Positions 51,788 through 56,566 of a DNA stretch of 56,566 bases are shown here, in pieces (the stretch's first letter is position 1; every line of letters starts with the position of its first letter). Under the pieces are notes generated by a model that was not told the origin of the DNA, made no database searches, and was given only the letters and a program-made list of their open reading frames with translations. A program made the translations under genes and the position numbers. The stretch comes from Thermoanaerobaculia bacterium (GTDB lineage Bacteria > Acidobacteriota > Thermoanaerobaculia > Multivoradales > JAGPDF01): the NCBI GenBank assembly GCA_019911865.1, contig JAIOJQ010000385.1:1-56566 (forward strand), given 5' to 3'.

Positions 51788-52029
51788 CGAAACAGCTTCT
51801 CGAGTTCGGGGTTTTCGACGAGCGGCAACTCCTCTTCGACGGCCGCGAGAAAGTCGTCGTCGAAAGGTCCCTGGAGAGAACGGAGCCAGTCCCAGTTGTC
51901 CGGGATCGGTTCGAGCACGACCGTGTTGCCGACCTTGCGGATCCGCACTTCCTTCGCATCGAACCGGTAGGCGCGAGGAAGCCGCACCGCCTGCGAGCGG
52001 CCTGTCCAGAAGACTTTGGCGGTGTCCAT
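51784..52029 (-). CDS. vapB: VapB (AbrB/SpoVT-fold) antitoxin
   Basis: Trimmed to ATG 52029, with GGAG upstream: MDTAKVFWTGRSQAVRLPRAYRFDAKEVRIRKVGNTVVLEP. 4-nt overlap with vapC. Confidence 0.85.
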   Translation of the reverse strand: MDTAKVFWTGRSQAVRLPRAYRFDAKEVRIRKVGNTVVLEPIPDNWDWLRSLQGPFDDDFLAAVEEELPLVENPELEKLFR

Positions 52030-52182
52030 GGGAGATCTCCGGAGCATGGTAGGCATTAGAAGTATACGGCACCTCCCCGCAGAACAGAAGGCCCAGCCCC
52101 CATCGAGCTTGCCGGCGAGGCGCGCGGCCTCGCAAAGCCCGCCGGCGGGAAGGGCTGCGATCCTCGAGCCACGTGCCGCCCC

Positions 52183-52386
52183 TCAGCCAAGCCACCCGAG
52201 CAGGAAGCCGAGCAGCTCGCCGGCCGGCGGGGCGAGCAGCAGGCCGGCGAGTGCGGCGATCCAGAAGCGTGAGGGCAGCGCGACGGCCGGCCAGGCGGCC
52301 GCCGCGCTCCTGCGGTGGCCGAGCTCGGCGAAGAGCGCTCCCCACTCCCGGTTGCGACGGCGGATGAAGCGGATGAGTCCGGACAT
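52183..52386 (-). CDS. Small hydrophobic protein (paralogue 1)
   Basis: 67 aa from ATG 52386, with AGGAGG-N9: MSGLIRFIRRRNREW...PSRFWIAALAGLLLAPPAGELLGFLLGWLG. Confidence 0.45.
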   Translation of the reverse strand: MSGLIRFIRRRNREWGALFAELGHRRSAAAAWPAVALPSRFWIAALAGLLLAPPAGELLGFLLGWLG

Positions 52387-52510
52387 CCTCGACGGCCTCC
52401 TCTCGGCCTGCCGCGCGAGACCCTTTCTCGCGGGGGCCGCGCCGCGCACCCCCGCGAGAAAGGGGAGAGAGAAGGGCAGCTGGAGTGGCTCAGCTCAGTC
52501 CGCCGGCGCG

Positions 52511-52828
52511 CTAGGGCGCCGGGACGCGCAGCTCGCAGATCGGCAGCAAGACGTACCCGGAGCGAACGCGTTGGCCCGTGTCGCGCACGAGTCCGCTGGC
52601 GAGCAACGCTGCGAGCATTCCGGTGTTCTCCGAGTAGTCCTTGATCAGGACGTGACCCGGCTCGAGGGCGAAGTCCGGCAGGGCCACCGTCGCGCAGGCG
52701 ACGGGCTCGCCATCCTCGAGGCTGCGCAGCCGAATGGCGATCTGGCCAGGCGCCTCGCGGTAGCGCGCGAGCTCAGCCGAGCATGGGAGGCCGCAGAAGA
52801 CGACGGGAGTCGGCACGGCGGATTCCAT
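52511..52828 (-). CDS. Small conserved hypothetical protein (DUF4313-like, from memory)
   Basis: 105 aa from ATG 52828: MESAVPTPVVFCGLPCSAELARYREAPGQIAIRLRSLEDGEPVACATVALPDFALEPGHVLIKDYSENTGMLAALLASGLV. The IKDYSEN.G motif is recalled from plasmid leading-region proteins. Confidence 0.55.
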   Translation of the reverse strand: MESAVPTPVVFCGLPCSAELARYREAPGQIAIRLRSLEDGEPVACATVALPDFALEPGHVLIKDYSENTGMLAALLASGLVRDTGQRVRSGYVLLPICELRVPAP

Positions 52829-52946
52829 GGGAAATCTCCTCTTTTCTGGGCGCTTCTGCCTGCGCCCGATGCTTGGCGAGGGGCGCAGGAAGACGCGCCC
52901 CGGGCGCCCGGCTTTCCTCGGGCTCGACAAGAGAAACCTCTTCGAA

Positions 52947-53144
52947 TCAGGGAAAGGCTTCGAGGAAGATCCAGCCGAGCAGCAGTCCGAGCGACCAGCC
53001 GATCGCGGGTCCAACCAGAGCGAGCGTGACGGCCAGACCGAACAGCGACACTGCCCGTTCGCGGCGCAGCAGCCAGAGCGAGAAGCGAGACGGCGATGAC
53101 CGGAGCGAACCGAGGAGTTCGGAACGACTCTTGGCATACGACAT
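52947..53144 (-). CDS. Small hydrophobic protein (paralogue 2)
   Basis: 65 aa from ATG 53144, with AGGAGG-N7: MSYAKSRSELLGSLRSSPSRFSLWLL...LFGLAVTLALVGPAIGWSLGLLLGWIFL. It shares PSRF(W/S) and LLGxLLGW with paralogue 1. Confidence 0.45.
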   Translation of the reverse strand: MSYAKSRSELLGSLRSSPSRFSLWLLRRERAVSLFGLAVTLALVGPAIGWSLGLLLGWIFLEAFP

Positions 53145-53530
53145 CGTGGGCCTCCTGGACCTGCTGGGAGGCGCCCGGTCCAAGATCCGACGGCGGGCGC
53201 GACGCGCCGTCGGCGCGCGGCGTCGGGACTCGGCTCGACGTGGGTGTCTGGCCGGGGGGGGGCGATGCGGGCAATCGAGATCTCCCCGCGTTACTCAAAC
53301 GGGTCAGCCGGAATAGAGGAGTTCTTCTACTGCGAGGCCAACGTCGCGCGTAGCTGGGCGCAGCAGCGCCGGCGAAAGGTCTCGCTCGCCATGAACAGGT
53401 GATGGCGTGAGTTGGCCGTCTGGATGCCGTGAGACCCTGCGCCGGCCTACGGTCGGTTGGCAAGCCCCCGGCGAGCCGCTCGGAGGGGAGCGACTGCGAG
53501 GGTTATCACCAGAAAGCGGCTCTCGTCGAC

Positions 53531-53776
53531 CTATCGATAGGCTTCTCGGCGGTTGCCAACGGCGAGTACTTCGATCCCGATGTCGATGTGGCTACGCAGA
53601 ATCCGATAGTCGCCCGAGCGCAGGCGAAACGTGGGGGTCCGTGCACCTTCGTAGTGGCGCACATCGCCGACACCAGAGGTGACGAAGCGATCGAGGGAAT
53701 CAAGGACTTGGTTCTGGAAGACGCGATCGAGCTTGCGAAGCTTCCGCTTCGCCGCGGTAGTTCACTGAACTTCCAT
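53531..53776 (-). pseudogene. RelE/ParE-family toxin gene with in-frame TGA at codon 5
   Basis: Not in the track. ATG 53776 lies 1 nt after the antitoxin stop: M E V Q [TGA 53764..53762] TTAAKRKLRKLDRVFQNQVLDSLDRFVTSGVGDVRHYEGARTPTFRLRSGDYRILRSHIDIGIEVLAVGNRREAYR, then TAG at 53533..53531. Confidence 0.6.
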
Positions 53777-53777
53777 C

Positions 53778-54029
53778 TCAGGCCAGGTCGCGTTCGCGGC
53801 GCAGTCCCGCTGACGTCGAACGGGGCGCGTCTGACGGCTCGGCGAGTGACTCGGCGAGGTCGGCAAGCTCTCCAGGCGAGAGCTCCTCATCCTCGACCGG
53901 CACTGCGGCCAGCGCCCGGTCGAGCGCGGTGCTCGCAGAGCGTCCCAGGGCCGCAAGAACGCGCGTTGCGGTGTCGACTTCGGAGTCCGGAAGCGTATCG
54001 ACAAGCTGGTGGAGTTGCTCGCGGCTCAT
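53778..54029 (-). CDS. Antitoxin-like small acidic protein (partner of the RelE remnant)
   Basis: Trimmed to ATG 54029: MSREQLHQLVDTLPDSEVDTATRVLAALG... It lies immediately upstream of the RelE-like frame. Confidence 0.6.
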   Translation of the reverse strand: MSREQLHQLVDTLPDSEVDTATRVLAALGRSASTALDRALAAVPVEDEELSPGELADLAESLAEPSDAPRSTSAGLRRERDLA

Positions 54030-54170
54030 GACACCCCCAAGTGTGCTTCCACCGCGAGGACGGTTCCGCACGGTTCGAAGCGATGCGGATTCGGTAGGGC
54101 CGGCAAGGGGTCACCACCCGCAAGCGGAGCTTACGCCGCAGCGCGGCGAGATCGCGCCCCTAGAGGAATC

Positions 54171-54401
54171 TCAGTTCCGGCGTCGGGCGTTGATAAAGGA
54201 GAGCCAGTAGCCGAAAAGCCCGGCGAGAGTGTTGACGGCCCAGCACTTGGCCTCCGCCGAGGCCTTTGGCGAAAGGAAGATTCCCATCGCAAGCGGTACA
54301 GCTAGAAAGGTGATGGTGAGCTGGATGGTCAGCGAGACCATCCACTCTGCTGGGGAGTCGGGCACCGTCGAGGCCGGGCTATCGGGTGCCTCGAGCGTCA
54401 C
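54171..54401 (-). CDS. Small membrane protein (2 TM)
   Basis: 76 aa with a GTG start: WMVSLTIQLTITFLAVPLAMGIFL and CWAVNTLAGLFGYWLSFI. Confidence 0.5.
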   Translation of the reverse strand: MTLEAPDSPASTVPDSPAEWMVSLTIQLTITFLAVPLAMGIFLSPKASAEAKCWAVNTLAGLFGYWLSFINARRRN

Positions 54402-54510
54402 GTCGCTCGAGCAGGCGGGCTAAAGGCTTCGAGAGCAACCGGGGCAGAATCGCCAGCGCTGCAAACGTGACGACAAATGCGCCGACGGCCAACTTGGTCA
54501 GAGGATCCAT
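54379..54510 (-). CDS. 43-aa hydrophobic peptide
   Basis: Below the track cutoff. GGAGGGAG-N7-ATG at 54510: MDPLTKLAVGAFVVTFAALAILPRLLSKPLARLLERRDARGTR. It overlaps the next gene's start. Confidence 0.3.
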   Translation of the reverse strand: MDPLTKLAVGAFVVTFAALAILPRLLSKPLARLLERRDARGTR

Positions 54511-54568
54511 ACTCGGCTCCCTCCCGCCTGCGACGCGGGTCTATTCCTTTCTACCACAAGCGGAAGAA

Positions 54569-54608
54569 CCCGCCGGGTCCGGGGAGAGAGGGACCCGGAC
54601 CCGGCGGG
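54569..54608 (-). terminator. Strong GC hairpin downstream of ssb (candidate terminator)
   Basis: Perfect 14-bp arms cccgccgggtccgg (54569..54582) and ccggacccggcggg (54595..54608) with a 12-nt loop. On the minus strand it is followed by TTCTTCCGCTTG, only a weak U-tract. Confidence 0.35.
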
Positions 54609-54745
54609 GTGAAGCGTCGTGGGCGACCCGACTTCGCCGCGGAGAGCCTTGGGGAGGGGTCACTCGCTCCGGGTCGGGACCGGAGAGAAGAGAGCGCGAC
54701 GGCCGGGACGTATTCGCGCCGTAGCGCGACGCCGGCGCCGAAGCC

Positions 54746-55180
54746 TCAGGCCGCGACCTCGACCTGCTCGTCGAACTCCTCGAAGCCCTCGACCTCGCCC
54801 GCGTCGGCCTCGACCGGCGTCGGCGCGCCTTGCGGGCGAGGACCGAGCACCTGGAAGGCCTGGCCGGCCAGCTGGACCTGCTTGGCGTTGAACTCGACGC
54901 CGTTCGCGTCGATCGCCTTGAGCGACCGGTAGCTGAGCGCCGCATCCAGGGCGACGAGGCGCCCCTTGGTCACCAGCGCGCAGACGCGCTCGGCCGAACG
55001 ACCGAAGAAGGCCACGTCGTGGAAGGCCGTGCGCTCCTGGCGCACGCCCGCCTTGTCCTTGAAGACGGTGTTGGTCGCCACCGTCAGGTGCGCGAGCTTC
55101 GTGCCGTTACCGAGCACCTTGAGCTCGGGGGTGCGCACCGCGTTGCCGATCAGGGTGACCTGGTTGTTGATCTGGGCCAT
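54746..55180 (-). CDS. ssb: Single-stranded DNA-binding protein
   Basis: MAQINNQVTLIGNAVRTPELKVLGNGTKLAHLTVATNTVFKDKAGVRQERTAFHDVAFFGRSAERV...KGRLVALDAALSYRS, with an acidic tail (EVEGFEEFDEQVEVAA). Confidence 0.9.
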   Translation of the reverse strand: MAQINNQVTLIGNAVRTPELKVLGNGTKLAHLTVATNTVFKDKAGVRQERTAFHDVAFFGRSAERVCALVTKGRLVALDAALSYRSLKAIDANGVEFNAKQVQLAGQAFQVLGPRPQGAPTPVEADAGEVEGFEEFDEQVEVAA

Positions 55181-55336
55181 GACGCTCTCCTACTCCTGCA
55201 GTCGCGACCGGAGGAGGCATTCCTCCGTGTCAAGTTGGTGTTTCGAGCTTCGGCTCTTCCGGAGTCGCCCCTTCGCCTGAGCGAGGGGGCGACCTCGGGA
55301 GCGGATCGGCTGTGTTCGTGTTGAGGGAGCGCTCGA

Positions 55337-55651
55337 TCACGCGAAGGCGTGAACGAGATAGCTGCTGGCGAGCTGCTCGGCCGGGTCGTCGTCGGGCGCG
55401 CAGCGCAGCTTCTGTGCCAGCGTCTCGAGGGCCGCGCGGGCCGGGAGCGCCGCGAACAGCAGCGCCGCCACGCCGAGCTTCTCGCGCAGGGCGGAGCTGG
55501 CGAGATCGCGTTCCCACTCGGGCAGCGTGCTCTTGGCGACCGCGTCCTCGAAGTCGTGCTCGAGCTCCTCGAGCTTGGCGAGGAACGGAGCGTCGAGCGA
55601 AGCACCGGAGAAGTCGGTCGTGTCGATGTGCAGGTCGTCGAACTGGCGCAT
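55337..55651 (-). CDS. Hypothetical acidic helical protein
   Basis: 104 aa from ATG 55651, with GAGAGGG upstream: MRQFDDLHIDTTDFSGASLDAPFLAKLEELEHDFEDAVAKSTLPEWERDL... The rest of track ORF 55337..56527 is junk-like. Confidence 0.6.
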   Translation of the reverse strand: MRQFDDLHIDTTDFSGASLDAPFLAKLEELEHDFEDAVAKSTLPEWERDLASSALREKLGVAALLFAALPARAALETLAQKLRCAPDDDPAEQLASSYLVHAFA

Positions 55652-55680
55652 GCTGCCCTCTCTCTTCTCTATCTCGATCC

Positions 55681-55732
55681 GGTTCATCCGAATCGCGCCT
55701 CGCCCCCGGGCAGGGCGCGATTCGAGTGAACC
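55681..55732. other. 19-bp imperfect inverted repeat 30 nt upstream of the 55651 start
   Basis: ggttcatccgaatcgcgcc / ggcgcgattcgagtgaacc: 17 of 19 positions pair, with a 14-nt loop. Confidence 0.5.
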
Positions 55733-56401
55733 GGGTCTTCTTGGACCTCCTGTGTCCTTGGATGCGAGACCCGTAAGGGGCAACGCCCGTGCGAGCCGAA
55801 GGCGAGAAGCCTCTTCTCGAAGCGCTCTCCCGACCCGCGGAGGGAAAGCGCGGCGGCGAGGCTTTCGGAGGGTCCTTCGCGAACGAGAGACATCCGAGTG
55901 CGCAGGATCACCTGCCGCGTGCGCAGCTGCGGCGCGGGCGGCGCCGGCAAAGCCGGAGGGCAGGCTCTGAATGAGACCTATCGGGAGATTCGAGAAGCGC
56001 GGCCTCGTAGCGACCCACGCTGACCAGAAGCAAGGGCGACGCCTTTTCAGGCGCCAGGCCCGCCCCGCCCCTGAGGAAGGGTCTTGGCCTTGGATGAGGA
56101 TGGGTATTTGCGGGGCGGACCCGCCCCTGGCAGGTGCGGATGGGCGTTGAGAGGCGGGGGAACCTCGAATTGGGCCAAGGCGGATCAGGAGCGGCGGAGA
56201 AGTAGGGCCAGAAGGCGAAATCTGTCCTCGGACGAACACCTTCGGGAAGCCCGAGAACTCTACTCGTTCTGACCTCTCTGCTCGTTGGATTATGGCGTTG
56301 CTTGAGGAGTAGCCGAACGTGAAAGGCTCCCCAAGGCGCCACCAGGAGGTGGTCCCGCGCACGTTCGACCTCTTTTTGGGCAAGCTAATCGGACCGCGAC
56401 G

Positions 56402-56566
56402 ATGACCAAGAAGGAGAAGATCGCACGGGCGCAAGCGCCCGTCGCGCGAGCGCATCACTACGTCCCAGGCTTCTACCTCGCAGGCTTCACGCCGAGCGGC
56501 CGACGCGACGACTTCCTGTGGGTCCACGACCGGCAGGAGGGGAGACAGTTTCGCGCGAGGCCCGAC
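56402..56566 (+). CDS. DUF4238-family protein, N-terminal fragment (continues past right edge)
   Basis: Not in the track because there is no stop. MTKKEKIARAQAPVARAHHYVPGFYLAGFTPSGRRDDFLWVHDRQEG shows the HHYVP.FYL..F signature I associate with DUF4238. Confidence 0.6.
   Translation, partial: MTKKEKIARAQAPVARAHHYVPGFYLAGFTPSGRRDDFLWVHDRQEGRQFRARPD

Noticed and set aside
53254-53262. A G9 homopolymer about 110 nt upstream of the small peptide gene 52947..53144, plus C7 tracts at 17145..17151 and 51192..51198, considered as possible phase-variation switches.
   Set aside because: The tracts are short, are not positioned between recognisable -35 and -10 elements or inside a CDS, and G/C runs are expected in this composition.
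55681-55732. GGTTCAtCCGAATC / GATTCGAGTGAACC, reminiscent of a tRNA T-arm (GGTTCGAATCC). This raised the idea of a tRNA-derived att site.
   Set aside because: No acceptor stem, anticodon arm or D-arm can be built around it. The two arms pair with each other instead.
1-56566. Looked for CRISPR arrays, rRNA/tRNA genes, IS transposases, integrases/recombinases and replication initiators.
   Set aside because: No short regularly spaced repeats, no DDE/serine/tyrosine recombinase motifs and no Rep-like genes were seen. The integration or replication module of the element must lie outside this window.

Overview
High-GC (about 65-70% by eye) bacterial DNA, dominated by a conjugative element (ICE or plasmid). 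All calls come from reading translations, motifs, hand-counted third-position GC (GC3) and repeats. No searches were run, and family names are from memory.

(1) 1-18.9 kb is an accessory island. It holds an endonuclease I fragment, an EVE-like/HNH fusion, YegP, an ORC-like AAA ATPase cassette bracketed by a ~250-nt repeat, decayed gene remnants, Phd/VapC and a GAF-GGDEF cyclase. It also holds a 4.4-kb module (WYL regulator, classical AAA+ ATPase, RNase-H-like ORF, unknown ORF) bracketed by a 62-65 bp direct repeat, and a 546-aa orphan.

(2) 18.9-49.9 kb is entirely minus strand and encodes a Trb/VirB-type T4SS: trbL, trbJ; helicase, nuclease and ParB; trbI-G-F, trbE-D-C-B, traG. It lies downstream of a 3,907-codon stop-free ORF carrying a MOBF relaxase, RecD-like helicase, Zn/Toprim primase, an unknown domain, a PPP metallophosphatase and a helicase-like tail. 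Codon-position GC indicates that two 'linkers' of this giant ORF are really +1-frame genes with their own SD and ATG.

(3) 49.9-55.7 kb looks like a leading region and is uniformly minus strand. It has a tandem-RHH accessory gene with half-site arrays (oriT candidate), two SSBs, VapBC, a RelE gene carrying a codon-5 TGA next to an intact antitoxin, and small membrane peptides. A ~310-nt nested hairpin sits upstream of the first SSB-like gene (Frpo/ssi-like candidate).

No rRNA, tRNA, CRISPR array, transposase or integrase was recognised.
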